Assembly (NCBI GenBank): GCA_963799725.1
Contig: CAWCYJ010000022.1
Location: 25,508-89,507, forward strand
From: an uncultured Pseudomonadota bacterium
GTDB lineage: Bacteria; Chloroflexota; UBA5177; JAJPKF01
Reading direction: 5' to 3'
Length of the DNA stretch: 64,000 bases
Shown in pieces: positions 18,648 to 29,848 of the stretch. Below the pieces are notes generated by a model. The model saw only the letters and a program-made list of their open reading frames with translations, did no database searches and was not told where the DNA came from. Position 1 is the stretch's first letter. The number at the start of each line of letters is the position of its first letter. A program made the position numbers and the translations under genes.

Positions 18648-20652
18648 TCGGTAGATCGCAGGCATATGAGCGACAAACGTAGGCGGTAGCCTTGCCATTG
18701 AGCATGGTCCTGCCTTCCAGAAGAGGAATGCTAGGGCCAGCCAAACTCGGATCAACCGGGACCACTACCGCATTGGGAAGATACCGCCTGAATGCTGGAA
18801 GCAACAGCGACTCGTAGTCTGGTGCGCCAATCCGTCCCGCAATCACTATCTCCTGATTTCCGTTTAGATCAAAATCGAGCGCCGAAAGCATGTAACCGAA
18901 CGAGCCGGCGTGCGCTCCAAGCACATCTCGCAGTAACCGGATGGCGTTCTCAGCGGGCTCCAGCAGCTGCATGTCTCCGGTCAAGGCGCTGAGCCGTAGC
19001 AACGCCATGGCTGCTGCGGAATTGCCCGAAGGAACGACGCTGTCAAATAAGGATTTGGGACGAACGGGAAGCATCGCCGATACATGTTCTTCCGAGTCAT
19101 AGAAACCACCACGCTCCGGGTCCAAGAACTTCGTGATCATGAGATCAGCAAGCTCTCGAGCCCGGGAAAGCCATTCGGCTTCCCCCACCGTTTCGAAGAG
19201 CGTGGTGAAGGCTTCGATGAGGAACGCATAATCGTCGAGATAGGCTGGGATCGTCGAGGGCCCCTCGTTGTAAAGGTGGAGCAGCAGACCTTCCTGAAAG
19301 AGGTTCTTCCAGAGGAAGTTGGCGTTCCGGGTAGCCGCTCGAAGATAGTCGTCTCGATTGAATGCTCTACCGGCCAGAGCAAGTGATCGGAGGGCCAGCG
19401 CGTTCCAGCCCGTCAAAATCTTGCTGTCGCGCTCGGGACGTACGCGTTGCGATCTGGCCATTCTTAACGAATGCCGACCCTCCTCTACGACTCGCGGGAT
19501 GTCTTCGGGACTGCGACCAAAGTGTTTGCCAAGCACTTCGACATCGGTCCGATTCGTTGGGATTGACTTCCCTTCAAAGTTACCCGGTTGGGTGATCCCA
19601 TAAAACTCTGCGATCAGGGGAGCTTCGGCGGAATCGACCGCGGCGTGAACCTCCTCAGGCGTCCAAACGTAATATGTGCCCTCCTCACCCTCGCTGTCCG
19701 CATCTTCTGCTGAGTAGAATCCACCCTCTGGGGACGTCATATCTGCCAGTAGGTAGTCGAGGATTCCTTCGGCCACTGCCCTATATCGCGGATTGGCAGT
19801 TACCTGCCATGCATTGACATAAATCCTGCTCAGAAGAGCATTGTCATAGAGCATCTTCTCGAAGTGAGGGACAGTCCACTCGGCGTCAACACTGTAGCGA
19901 TGGAAACCACCTCCAATTTGGTCGTAGATACCGCCTGCAGCCATCCGGTCTAGCGATATAGTCACGATCCGAAGCGTATTGCGGTTGCCAGTTCGAACGA
20001 AGGTGCGTAAGAGGAATTCAAGATTCAGGGGCTGGGGAAACTTGGGTGCACCGCCAAAGCCGCCGTTCACCTCATCAAAGTTAGCGGCAAGCGAGTCCAC
20101 TGCCTGGTCGAGTATCTTCTCGCTGAGCTCGGCATCGGAGGACCTGAACTGGAGCGCCCCTGCCATGTGATTTCCAAGCTCTGCGGCTGACTGCAGAACT
20201 CTCTCGCGCTCATTTCTCCACGCCAGGGCGATCGACTGAAGCACCTGAGGCCAGCTCGGCATTCCGTGACGTGGTGCTGGAGGCCAGTAGGTCCCACCAA
20301 AGAATGGCTTCAGATCCGGAGTCAGGAAGACGTTCAGAGGCCATCCGCCCTGCCCCGTCATTGCCTGCACTGCTTCCATGTACACTGCGTCAACGTCTGG
20401 TCGCTCCTCTCGATCGACCTTGACGTTGACAAAGCTGCCGTTCATGAGACGTGCAACCGCTTCATTCTCGAAAGACTCGTGAGCCATCACGTGACACCAG
20501 TGGCAGGAGCTGTAGCCGATACTCACGAGTAGCGGTTTGTCCTCGTTCCTCGCCCTCTCAAAGGCTTCGTTTCCCCACGGCAGCCAGTCAACAGGGTTCT
20601 GGGCATGTTGTCGAAGGTAGGGGCTTTTCTCGGCTTCTAAGCGGTTGGCCAC
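18583..20652 (-). CDS. Thioredoxin-domain protein of the YyaL/DUF255 family (N-terminal Trx fold plus six-hairpin glycosidase-like domain)
   Basis: The N-terminus [38 protein letters not shown] is diagnostic for the family. 689 aa. Confidence 0.85.
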   Translation of the reverse strand: MANRLEAEKSPYLRQHAQNPVDWLPWGNEAFERARNEDKPLLVSIGYSSCHWCHVMAHESFENEAVARLMNGSFVNVKVDREERPDVDAVYMEAVQAMTGQGGWPLNVFLTPDLKPFFGGTYWPPAPRHGMPSWPQVLQSIALAWRNERERVLQSAAELGNHMAGALQFRSSDAELSEKILDQAVDSLAANFDEVNGGFGGAPKFPQPLNLEFLLRTFVRTGNRNTLRIVTISLDRMAAGGIYDQIGGGFHRYSVDAEWTVPHFEKMLYDNALLSRIYVNAWQVTANPRYRAVAEGILDYLLADMTSPEGGFYSAEDADSEGEEGTYYVWTPEEVHAAVDSAEAPLIAEFYGITQPGNFEGKSIPTNRTDVEVLGKHFGRSPEDIPRVVEEGRHSLRMARSQRVRPERDSKILTGWNALALRSLALAGRAFNRDDYLRAATRNANFLWKNLFQEGLLLHLYNEGPSTIPAYLDDYAFLIEAFTTLFETVGEAEWLSRARELADLMITKFLDPERGGFYDSEEHVSAMLPVRPKSLFDSVVPSGNSAAAMALLRLSALTGDMQLLEPAENAIRLLRDVLGAHAGSFGYMLSALDFDLNGNQEIVIAGRIGAPDYESLLLPAFRRYLPNAVVVPVDPSLAGPSIPLLEGRTMLNGKATAYVCRSYACDLPTTDVSVLENQLSELGLTSWPG

Positions 20653-20762
20653 GTTTCACCTCAATTCAGGCTAATTCAACGTACTCACCCTGTTCCCCGC
20701 CTTAGATCCCTGTCAGAATGTGAAAGCCGACGAATCCATGAAACAGGATCGGAAGACATTCT

Positions 20763-21626
20763 ATGGCGTTAGACTCGCCGTTCCTGCTCGCGGCGGATGG
20801 TCACAATCTCTTGTTTAGATCCTTCTCCAGCGTTCCCAGGTCTATCGTCGATCCTGAGGGGCGACCGGTCAACGGGGTCTACGGCTTGATGGGCACGCTA
20901 TTGAAACTCATCAGGGAGCGAAGGCCAACGTTTGCGGCAGTAGCCTTCGATGTGCCGGAGGTGCCGACATTCCGACATGAGGCATTTCCCGCTTATCAAG
21001 GCCAGAGAGGGCCGCTCGGCGGAATCGACGCAGAAAACTTTGCCTGGCAGATCCAGCAGGCCAAGGAAACACTCACGTACTTCGGGATCAGCCACCTCCA
21101 GGCGCCGGGTTATGAAGCCGACGACGTTCTCGGTACATTGGTCACGATGGCCAGTGGACAGGGCGTCCCTTCGGTGGTCGTATCGAATGATCGCGACCTC
21201 CAGCAGCTGGTGCAACCTTTGGTCAAGGTCCTGATCCCAGGAAAGGCACCACTCGAGATCGGCATCGATCAAGTCGCTGAGCGATTGGGTGTTCGGCCGC
21301 ATCAGATTGTGGATTGGAAAGTGCTGGCTGGAGACGCTTCCGATAACATTCCAGGCATCGATGGAATCGGTGACAAAGGTGCAATTGCCCTTCTTAAGGA
21401 GTTCGATTCTGTGCAGAACATTTATGAAAACCTAGATTCGGTTCCGACGCGATATCGTCGAGCCTTGGAAGGCGGGCGGGGGCTAGTGGAGGGATTGAAG
21501 CTTGTCGTAACGATACGGAGTGATTTGGAATTAGACGTCGCCCTCGATGACTTGACGCTGGACTACAGTCGATTGCCAGATCGTGCCGGGGAGGCTCTCC
21601 GCGCTGTCGGCTTGAGACCGGAGTAG
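20763..21626 (+). CDS. 5'-3' exonuclease (FEN / Pol I N-terminal domain-like)
   Basis: Motifs AVAFD, GYEADDVLGTL, SNDRDLQQL and GDASDNIPGIDGIGDKGA. Confidence 0.85.
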   Translation: MALDSPFLLAADGHNLLFRSFSSVPRSIVDPEGRPVNGVYGLMGTLLKLIRERRPTFAAVAFDVPEVPTFRHEAFPAYQGQRGPLGGIDAENFAWQIQQAKETLTYFGISHLQAPGYEADDVLGTLVTMASGQGVPSVVVSNDRDLQQLVQPLVKVLIPGKAPLEIGIDQVAERLGVRPHQIVDWKVLAGDASDNIPGIDGIGDKGAIALLKEFDSVQNIYENLDSVPTRYRRALEGGRGLVEGLKLVVTIRSDLELDVALDDLTLDYSRLPDRAGEALRAVGLRPE

Positions 21627-21629
21627 CAG

Positions 21630-22529
21630 GTGGTCGCCGGGAAACGGGTTGAAGTATTGGGTGCGCCGGTGGACCTTGGCGCTGATCGACGCGGTGTTGA
21701 CATGGGCCCGAGTGCGATTCGATACGCCGGATTGCGAGCCGATTTGGAGGAGTCCGGCCACGAGGTTGTCGATCTAGGAAATCTTCCCCTCATGCTCGGC
21801 GATGAAGTCGAACCTGGATCTGCCCGGGCCAAGTACCTTGACGAGATCGTTCGAATGGCCGGCAGCATTGCAGACGCAGTCGCCGCGGTGATCGAACGGG
21901 GGGGATTTCCCCTGGTCCTCGGTGGCGACCATAGTGTCAGTCTGGGGTCGGTGGCCGGCGCCGCGCGGGGCCGCAGTATCGGACTGATCTGGATCGACGC
22001 GCACGGTGACTTTAACACTCCAGATACGACGCCGAGCGGTAATGTTCACGGCATGATATTGGCGGCCTTAACCGGCTTTGGTGATCCCCGGATGGTTGAT
22101 CTTGAGCATGGAAGGCCCACGGTCGATCCCAAGAGGGCTGCACTTGTTGGCGTTAGGGAGCTGGACTCGGGCGAACGGCGATTGCTCAAAGAGTCGGGCT
22201 TGCACGTATTCACGATGTCAGAAATCGATCGCCTGGGCATGGGATCTGTGATTGAGCAGGCTGTTGACCTAGTTTCCGCTCCTGATGGTGTTCATCTTAG
22301 TCTCGACCTCGACGCTGTCGATCCTCACGAAGCACCAGGTGTTGGCACCCCCGTACCCGGAGGACTTAGTTATAGAGAAGTACAACTTGCCATGGAAACG
22401 GCGGCCTCTCAGGCCAATCTCCTATCCATGGATGTCGTCGAGGTTAACCCCATCCTGGATACCCACAACCAGACGGCCAGGATGGCTTTGGACTTTGTCG
22501 TTTCGGCCATGGGTAAGCGAATTCTGTAG
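21630..22529 (+). CDS. rocF: Arginase
   Basis: Ureohydrolase metal-binding motifs GGDHS, DAHGDFNT and SLDLDAVDP. Confidence 0.9.
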   Translation: MVAGKRVEVLGAPVDLGADRRGVDMGPSAIRYAGLRADLEESGHEVVDLGNLPLMLGDEVEPGSARAKYLDEIVRMAGSIADAVAAVIERGGFPLVLGGDHSVSLGSVAGAARGRSIGLIWIDAHGDFNTPDTTPSGNVHGMILAALTGFGDPRMVDLEHGRPTVDPKRAALVGVRELDSGERRLLKESGLHVFTMSEIDRLGMGSVIEQAVDLVSAPDGVHLSLDLDAVDPHEAPGVGTPVPGGLSYREVQLAMETAASQANLLSMDVVEVNPILDTHNQTARMALDFVVSAMGKRIL

Positions 22530-22664
22530 AACAGCACTTTCTCGCCGTCATCATCTTCTTCTACGGCCCTCCCAGGTGATCGGACTTTCGAGACCTCACA
22601 GATATCCATCCACGACGCCAGATTCCAACCGGCTAGCATGATTGAGAGACGTTGGAGGAGCGGC

Positions 22665-23564
22665 ATGCGGCTGGGATTACAGGTACCAAACTTTACGTGG
22701 CCGGAGAACGAAGTAGGTCTTGGTGAGCGATTCGGACTAATTGCTGAGCGAGCCGAGCGGGCTGGACTATACAGCCTTTGGGTGATGGATCATTTTTTCC
22801 AGATTCCAAAGGTGGGGAACACGGAAGAGCCGATGCTAGAGGGGTGGAGCGCGTTGGCCTACGCTGCAGCCCGCACAAACCGAATTCGACTGGGAACTCT
22901 GGTTACCGGAGTCACTTACCGACATCCAGGAATCTTAGTGAAGACAGCCACCACACTTGATGTCTTGTCAAGTGGTCGGGCTTATCTCGGAATTGGTGCA
23001 GCCTGGAATGTGGAAGAGCACGAGGGTCTCGGCGTGGCTTTCCCCAGCGTGCCGGAACGGCTAACGCGGCTTGAAGAAGCCCTTCAAATTGTCCATCAGA
23101 TGTGGTCAGGAGACGAGAGCCCATATCAGGGCGAGTATTACCAGCTCGGTAGGCCTCTCAATTCTCCGCAGCCAGTTCAGAAACCGCACCCGCCAATCCT
23201 TATCGGGGGATCTGGAGAGCGAAGGACGCTGAAATTAGTGGCTAAGTATGCCGATGCCTGCAACCTGTTTCTAGCGGTCGGCCCGGATGAATTGACGCGG
23301 AAGCTGGAAGTGCTGAAGGATCATTGTCAGGCGGTCGGACGTCCCTACGAGGAGATTGAGAAGACGGGTCTGGCAACGCTACATCTAACCAGGGATGGTC
23401 GAGACGGCTCAATGACGCCTTCGGACGTACTGGATTTTCTCCGCGACGTTGCATCAATCGGCATTCAGCACACCATCTTCAATATGCCGAACGTTGCTGA
23501 CTCAGAACCATTCGAGATCCTGAGAGATGAGATCGTGCCGATAGCAAACGGCATGTCCGTGTAA
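22665..23564 (+). CDS. Luciferase-like monooxygenase family, F420-dependent oxidoreductase type
   Basis: N-terminus MRLGLQVPNF, plus SLWVMDHF and RIRLGTLVTGVTYRHP. ATG 22665 follows GGAGGAG. Confidence 0.8.
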   Translation: MRLGLQVPNFTWPENEVGLGERFGLIAERAERAGLYSLWVMDHFFQIPKVGNTEEPMLEGWSALAYAAARTNRIRLGTLVTGVTYRHPGILVKTATTLDVLSSGRAYLGIGAAWNVEEHEGLGVAFPSVPERLTRLEEALQIVHQMWSGDESPYQGEYYQLGRPLNSPQPVQKPHPPILIGGSGERRTLKLVAKYADACNLFLAVGPDELTRKLEVLKDHCQAVGRPYEEIEKTGLATLHLTRDGRDGSMTPSDVLDFLRDVASIGIQHTIFNMPNVADSEPFEILRDEIVPIANGMSV

Positions 23565-23778
23565 CAACGGAATCTCCGTCTGTGTCTTGCAACCATTGTT
23601 GTTGTGAAAGCCTAACGCCCACCCGGGGAAACTTAGGTACCGTTCTTTTAGGGCCTTCTTGGGGCTCTCCGGTTCGCTTTGTGTTTGGAGACATTATGAT
23701 TCGCGAACGGGCGCCGTCGTCCGGTAGGATGGCTCGGGATGCTACTGGAGACCTTGCTTTGCTCTTGAGGAGAGTCGC

Positions 23779-26700
23779 GTGACAGAGTTCACTCATCTCC
23801 ACGTGCACTCTGATTACAGTCTGCTTGACGGCCTTGGCCGGATCCCGCTCCTGACGGATCAGGCACGCCAGCACAAGATGTCTTCGCTGGCACTCACCGA
23901 TCACGGTGTCATGTTTGGCGCCATCGATTTCTATGGGGCCGCCAAAGAGCGTGACATCAATCCGATTGTCGGTTTTGAGGCATACGTGTCGGCGGGACCT
24001 CATCAGGAGAGGTCAGGCGGCGCCTTCCACCTCACTCTCTTGGCGGAGAGCGAGGCCGGCTATAGGAATCTGATGCAGCTCACGACAAAAGCTCACCTCC
24101 AGGGCTTCTATCGAAAGCCGAGGGTTGACCATGCGCTGCTGGAGCAGCACAGCGATGGCGTCATCTGTCTTTCGGGATGCGCGAGCAGTGAGATATCCCG
24201 AGCGATCATGGATCAGAATACAGACGCCGCTAGCGAGCTAATCGAGTGGTATCGCTCGATTTACAGGGATCGCTTCTACCTGGAGCTCCAGGACCACGGA
24301 ATCGAGTTCCAGGCCGACCTCAATCAGGAGCTCATTAAGCTCAGCCGGTCGATGAACGTGCCGCTTGTTGCGACGAACGATGTCCACTACGTCCTGCCAC
24401 AGCATGCCGCTGCACACGAAGTTCTCATCTGCGTGCAGACCCAAACAACCATGTCGGATCCAAAGCGGATGAAGATGGACAGCCGAGAGTTTTACCTCAA
24501 GTCTGCAGAAGAGATGGAGCAGCTTTTCGGACACGTTGAAGGCGCTCTTAAGAACACCATGGCGATTGCGGAACGCTGCTCTTTAGACTTGCAATTTGGC
24601 CAATTCCAACTTCTTCCCGAGCCTCCTGTTCCGGCCGGAGTCACCCCGAAAGACCACCTCCGCACTCTGGCGGAGACCGGTTTGACGGAGCGCTACGACA
24701 GAGAGGGTGGATTGCCGGAAGAGGTGAGTCGACGCCTTGACTATGAGTTGAAGGTGATCGAAAAGACGGGCTATGTCGACTACATGCTTCTCGTGAATGA
24801 CTTCATCCAATTCGCGCATAGAAATGGGATTGCAATCGGGGTCCGGGGAAGTGCAGGCGGAAGTATCGTGGCGTACGCGCTCCGGGTCACTAATGTAGAT
24901 CCTGTCGAACTGGGCCTGTCATTCGAGCGGTTTCTCAATCCTGAGCGAGTGTCGATGCCCGACATCGATATCGATATCGCGGACGACCGCCGCGAAGAAT
25001 TAATCCAGTACGTCACTAAGCGCTTTGGGCGTGACCACGTTGCCCAGATCATCAGCTTCGGAACGATGGCCGCTCGTGCCGCCATTCGAGACGTTGGTCG
25101 CGCTACTGGAGTGCCGCTTGCAACTGTTGACCAGATCGCAAAGCTTATTCCGTTGAACCAAACCCTGACGCAGGCGCTGCAGGAAGTACCTGAGCTGAAG
25201 TCGGCCTACGATCAAGATGCCACAGTTCGGACGCTCGTCGACAACGCGCGGGATCTGGAGGGGGTTTCGCGTCACGCATCCACACACGCGGCGGGAGTGG
25301 TCATTTCGGCGGAGCCGCTTGCTCAGCACGTGCCTCTCTATAAGGTGCCAAAGGCCGACGCTGTTACGACTCAGTACTCGATGGCGCCATTGGATAAGCT
25401 TGGGCTCCTAAAGATGGACTTCCTGGGGCTCCGCACGCTTACGGTTGTGCAACGTGCGGCCAAACTGGTGGAAGAGGCAACCGGAAGGCATTTCGATCTC
25501 TCTACCATCCCGCTCGACGACACCGACATGTATCAGCTTCTCGGCCGTGGAGAGACGTTTGGCATCTTCCAGGTTGACGGAAGCGGCATGCGCCGGCTAT
25601 TGCGAGAGATGCGCCCTGATCACTTCGACGACATCGTGGCATTGATTGCCCTGTACCGGCCAGGCCCCATGCAGTTCATCGATGAGTTTGTGCGTCGGCG
25701 GAATGGTTCCGCGCCTGTTACCTTCCCCCATCCCAGCGTTGCCTCTGCACTGGCAGACACGTACGGGATTGTCGTTTACCAGGAACAGGTCGTCCAGATG
25801 GTGGTAGAGGTTGCAGGTTTCACCATGGGGCAAGGCGATCTCGTGCGCAAAGCCATGGCGAAAAAACAACCTGAGCTGCTGGCTCGGTACCGTAAGGATT
25901 TCGTCAAGGGCGCTACGACTAAAGGCACGAATCCTGAGGTGGCCGACGAGTTATTCGACATCATTCAGCACTTCGCGGGTTATGGGTTCAACAAAGCACA
26001 CTCCGCCGCATACGCCATCCTCACCTGTCAGACAGCCTACCTCAAGGCGCATCATCCCGTGGAGTACATGGCCGCATTCTTGTCGGCCGAGCGCGAGAAC
26101 TCGGAGAAAGTCACCGAAGCTCTTGCTGAATGCCGCCGTCTCAAGATCCCGATACTTCCACCTGATGTCAACTTTAGCGAGGTCGACTTCTCCATCCAGA
26201 ATGGTGGGATCAGGTTCGGTCTTGGTGCGATCCGTAATGTGGGCTCACTGGCGGCCGAGTCGTTGCTCCGAGAGCGGCGACAAAACGGTCCTTACGCCTC
26301 CGTCGGAGACCTTTGTCGGCGGATCGATTGGCAACAGGTGAATAAGCGGACGTTGGAGTCGCTTATAAAGTGCGGAGCGCTTGACCAGCTTGGAGACAGG
26401 GCACGATTGAACTTTAACCTCGACCGGCTGGTCGGGTACGGAACCAAGTCGGCAAGGGATGCCGCGAGCGGACAGGTAAGCCTCTTCGGTGAGGCCGATG
26501 TTGCAAGCCTCGAGCCTGAGCTGGAGCCGCACCTAGACAACGACCCTACCAGCTGGCTTCGGTGGGAGAAGGAGATGATCGGCGCATATCTCTCGCACCA
26601 CCCCCTTCAAGACGCTGTACAGAATCTGGAACGGATGGGAGCAATTGTTCTCAGCGAGATCGATGCCGATCTTGAAGATCAGACAGTCACCGTCGGCGGG

Positions 26701-27321
26701 ATTTTGGCTGCGGTTCGCTCTTTCACGACACGCAAAGGCGATCAAATGGCCACCGCTGAGCTGAACGACCTCGATGGCAGCATCGATGTGGTGGTGTATC
26801 CACGGATATTCCGTAACTACCAGCATTTAGTTCGAAATGATGCTGTCGTCGTGATCAAAGGAGTTGTTAAGGTTGCCGACGGCCGTGCAGAAATAAGGGC
26901 AGACGAAATCTTGACCCTTCAGTCAGCGGAAATCGAAGCAGACAGCATGGAGGGGGAGCTAGAATCCAAAATGTCGGATCCTGAGCTTGACGCACCTCCA
27001 ATAAAGGAGCCAATTCCCTTCCCGGTTAAGGGCCGCCAGAAGGAAGAGCCTGTAGCTCGAACTCAACCAGCCAAGCTGGTTATTGACTTCTATCGCTCCG
27101 AAAATCGGCAGCAAGATCTCAACAGGCTCCAAGCCATTTACCAGTGCATCCTCAAGCACGGGGGCCGCGACCAGGTGTCGCTCATCATCCACAGCGGCGG
27201 AAGTCAGCGAGCCGTTCAGCTCCCGGTTGACAGTGTGAGATTAACGAAGGACCTACGAGCAGAGATCAGTGCCATCGTTCCCGAGGCAAGACTCAACGTT
27301 GAAGAAGCGCTGGGAGCCTAA
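23779..27321 (+). CDS. dnaE: DNA polymerase III alpha subunit
   Basis: 1180 aa. PHP domain (FTHLHVHSDYSLLDG), polymerase core (GLLKMDFLGL, YRPGPM) and OB fold. Confidence 0.95.
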   Translation: MTEFTHLHVHSDYSLLDGLGRIPLLTDQARQHKMSSLALTDHGVMFGAIDFYGAAKERDINPIVGFEAYVSAGPHQERSGGAFHLTLLAESEAGYRNLMQLTTKAHLQGFYRKPRVDHALLEQHSDGVICLSGCASSEISRAIMDQNTDAASELIEWYRSIYRDRFYLELQDHGIEFQADLNQELIKLSRSMNVPLVATNDVHYVLPQHAAAHEVLICVQTQTTMSDPKRMKMDSREFYLKSAEEMEQLFGHVEGALKNTMAIAERCSLDLQFGQFQLLPEPPVPAGVTPKDHLRTLAETGLTERYDREGGLPEEVSRRLDYELKVIEKTGYVDYMLLVNDFIQFAHRNGIAIGVRGSAGGSIVAYALRVTNVDPVELGLSFERFLNPERVSMPDIDIDIADDRREELIQYVTKRFGRDHVAQIISFGTMAARAAIRDVGRATGVPLATVDQIAKLIPLNQTLTQALQEVPELKSAYDQDATVRTLVDNARDLEGVSRHASTHAAGVVISAEPLAQHVPLYKVPKADAVTTQYSMAPLDKLGLLKMDFLGLRTLTVVQRAAKLVEEATGRHFDLSTIPLDDTDMYQLLGRGETFGIFQVDGSGMRRLLREMRPDHFDDIVALIALYRPGPMQFIDEFVRRRNGSAPVTFPHPSVASALADTYGIVVYQEQVVQMVVEVAGFTMGQGDLVRKAMAKKQPELLARYRKDFVKGATTKGTNPEVADELFDIIQHFAGYGFNKAHSAAYAILTCQTAYLKAHHPVEYMAAFLSAERENSEKVTEALAECRRLKIPILPPDVNFSEVDFSIQNGGIRFGLGAIRNVGSLAAESLLRERRQNGPYASVGDLCRRIDWQQVNKRTLESLIKCGALDQLGDRARLNFNLDRLVGYGTKSARDAASGQVSLFGEADVASLEPELEPHLDNDPTSWLRWEKEMIGAYLSHHPLQDAVQNLERMGAIVLSEIDADLEDQTVTVGGILAAVRSFTTRKGDQMATAELNDLDGSIDVVVYPRIFRNYQHLVRNDAVVVIKGVVKVADGRAEIRADEILTLQSAEIEADSMEGELESKMSDPELDAPPIKEPIPFPVKGRQKEEPVARTQPAKLVIDFYRSENRQQDLNRLQAIYQCILKHGGRDQVSLIIHSGGSQRAVQLPVDSVRLTKDLRAEISAIVPEARLNVEEALGA

Positions 27322-27508
27322 CTCGAAGCAGAAGCCTTGGCTCAAGCGATCAGGCCCAACGATGGGATTAGCTGGAGCGTCTCTATCGAAGCGACGTCCA
27401 AATGAGCACAGGTGTTCTATGCCATGGGACAATGGGTCAATAATTGCTCTTGCTTCCCGCCGGGGGCGGAAGTGACCTAGGAGCTTCCAACGTAAAAGGA
27501 GTTCAGGC

Positions 27509-28321
27509 ATGCGCGCTATGTGGTCCGGCGCTGTTAGCTTCGGCCTCGTCAACATCCCAGTGCGCCTTTACAGCGCCACGGAAGACCATCAGCTCGACTT
27601 CCACATGCTTCACAAGGCTGACCTTTCGCCCATCGGATACGTGAAGGTCTGCAAGGAGGACGGGGAGGAGGTCAAGCAGTCGGACATCGTTAAGGGATAT
27701 GAATACGAACGCGGCCGATACATCGTCATTGACGATGAGGACTTCGAACGCGCGAGCCCCCGGAAGACCAAGACAGTGGACATTATTGATTTCGTCTGCG
27801 TCGACGAGATCGACAGTATCTACTTCGAGAAACCCTACTACCTTGAGCCGGATCGGGGTGCGGACAAAGCGTACAGCCTCTTGAGAGAGGCGCTCGAGAA
27901 GTCAAGGAAGGTCGGTGTGGCGAAATATGTCATTCGCAATCGGGAGCAGCTCGGAGTCGTCAAGCCTCACGGAGACCTTCTTGTCTTGGATCAGATCCGT
28001 TTCAGCCAGAACGTCCGGAAACCAGAGGGACTGAAGGTGCCGGATGTCGAGGTCCAAGACAGAGAGCTATCCATGGCGTTGGCCCTCATCGACCAGTTGA
28101 CCGAACCTTTCAAGCCCGAACAGTACCACGACACCTACTCGGATGAATTGCTTCGAGTGATACACGCGAAGATTGCCGGGAAAGAGCCTGAGGCTGGAGA
28201 GCCGGCTCCCGAAATACCAGAGGTCACGGATCTGGTTGCCTTGCTGAAGGCAAGTCTAGAGAGCCAGCCAAAGAAGGCATCCGAGAAGCCGAAGCGGGAA
28301 CGAAAAGAGAAAGTAGCTTAA
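27509..28321 (+). CDS. ku: Ku protein (non-homologous end joining)
   Basis: N-terminus MRAMWSGAVSFGLVNIPVRLYSAT and a basic Lys-rich C-terminal tail. Confidence 0.9.
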   Translation: MRAMWSGAVSFGLVNIPVRLYSATEDHQLDFHMLHKADLSPIGYVKVCKEDGEEVKQSDIVKGYEYERGRYIVIDDEDFERASPRKTKTVDIIDFVCVDEIDSIYFEKPYYLEPDRGADKAYSLLREALEKSRKVGVAKYVIRNREQLGVVKPHGDLLVLDQIRFSQNVRKPEGLKVPDVEVQDRELSMALALIDQLTEPFKPEQYHDTYSDELLRVIHAKIAGKEPEAGEPAPEIPEVTDLVALLKASLESQPKKASEKPKRERKEKVA

Positions 28322-28386
28322 CCGCGAATGTTCTTCTGCCTTCGTCTCCGCTTTGGTGTAGGCGCGACGGCAGACATTCCCTTTCC

Positions 28387-29658
28387 CTAGGTTCGTGATT
28401 CGAGATCAATCACATTGATCTGCGGCGCTGGTTCGGGCTGCGCCCGACGTAGCCGGCCCAGCGGGAGCCACGCCACACTTAGCAGAGCTGCGGCTAGGCA
28501 AACTGCGGCGCCACCCCAGAAGGGTATTCCCGCCGACACGCCATAAAGCGATCCGAGCAATCCAGCTCCCACTGCGCTCCCGCCGAATTGAAAGAACCCT
28601 CCCATGCCCATAGCGCGCCCGCGAATTTCGGGAGCTGTAGCTTCACTGATCACCGCAAAGAGAGTGGGCTCGACAACCACGAATCCGCATGCCTCCACAA
28701 GGCCGACGATCAAAATGACGGGGTAAGCACGAAGAAAGGGGTAGAGAGAGGCGCATAGTGCCACCAGAAGAAACGAGGCTGCAACCAGCAGTCGGCGGTT
28801 CGCTCTATCGCTCAACTTACCTGCTGGTCTTGCTAGAAGCAGTACGGGAATGGCAAACGTGCTAATTGAGACTCCGATCAAGAAAGGCCCAACACCCCGG
28901 GCCTGAAGGTACTGCGGCCACACCACGTCATACATGGCAAACATGACGCCTGCCGCCAGAAGGGCAAGGCTAGGTACGAGGACCGGGGCGCTTCGCCACC
29001 AGCCCTTCGGCGCTGGGCCCGATTCCTCCTCTTCCAAATGCCCCCTGGTCTCAGGAAGCCGAAATAGCGCCATCACACCAATTAGCGTTCCCAATCCAGA
29101 GCAAAGATAGATGGCGGAGTAGGTCCACAGCGCGATTGCACCTCCGATGAAGGGCCCCACCAGCAAGCCCGCCATTTCAACGGCCTGCAGCTGGGCGTAT
29201 CGCTGTCCCCGCTCATGAGCCGGTGTTAGGTCTGCGAGAGCGGCTCGAAGAGCTGGCACGTAGGCCCCACCAGTAAACCCCTGTCCACATCGAAGTAGGG
29301 CCAGAAACCAAAGGGGGCCAAGGTTGGCGAATAGGCCAAAAGACAAGAGGGCGAAGATGAGACGCGCACCGATGAGAACGGGCTTTCGACCAATTCGGTC
29401 GACGAGATAACCCGCCGGAACTTGAGCTATCGTATTGGCGACCATAGGACCGGCGATAAACAATGCCACGGCGATAGGGCCGCCACCATGACTGCGCACA
29501 TAGAGCGGCGCAATCGGGAATACGGCTGCGATGCCGGTGAACATGATGAGCTGACCGAAAAGCAGCCTTGTAGCGGGATCCGATCGGCGTGACAGGGCCC
29601 CACGGATAAGAGTTGCCAACTTCCCTCCCCAGCCAGTACATGTGAATCCCGCACGCAC
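28387..29658 (-). CDS. MFS transporter
   Basis: About 12 hydrophobic segments and the MFS loop motif GYLVDRIGRKP. Confidence 0.8.
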   Translation of the reverse strand: MRAGFTCTGWGGKLATLIRGALSRRSDPATRLLFGQLIMFTGIAAVFPIAPLYVRSHGGGPIAVALFIAGPMVANTIAQVPAGYLVDRIGRKPVLIGARLIFALLSFGLFANLGPLWFLALLRCGQGFTGGAYVPALRAALADLTPAHERGQRYAQLQAVEMAGLLVGPFIGGAIALWTYSAIYLCSGLGTLIGVMALFRLPETRGHLEEEESGPAPKGWWRSAPVLVPSLALLAAGVMFAMYDVVWPQYLQARGVGPFLIGVSISTFAIPVLLLARPAGKLSDRANRRLLVAASFLLVALCASLYPFLRAYPVILIVGLVEACGFVVVEPTLFAVISEATAPEIRGRAMGMGGFFQFGGSAVGAGLLGSLYGVSAGIPFWGGAAVCLAAALLSVAWLPLGRLRRAQPEPAPQINVIDLESRT

Positions 29659-29848
29659 CCAGATCGGAGGTCAGCAGGCTCCGGGCCACCATTCAATGGC
29701 AACTCTATTCAGTCTCTCAGAGAGTCAAGAAGGACATTGATAGCCCGTTCAGGGCGGCCCAACCGTGTCCTTTACCGGACATTCTTAAGGCCCCAGCCAT
29801 AAGTGTGACGTTCATACGTCGTAGGCCCAAGACTCAGGAGCCAATCGC

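Noticed and set aside
27405-27418. AGCACAGGTGTTCT, about 90 nt upstream of ku, resembles a GAAC-N4-GTTC (Cheo/LexA-type) box.
   Set aside because: One half-site is GCAC rather than GAAC, and the palindrome is only 10 of 14. I found no second copy upstream of dnaE, ligD or the small paralogues. ku is not a known LexA target in model Gram-positive bacteria. A single degenerate match is likely chance.
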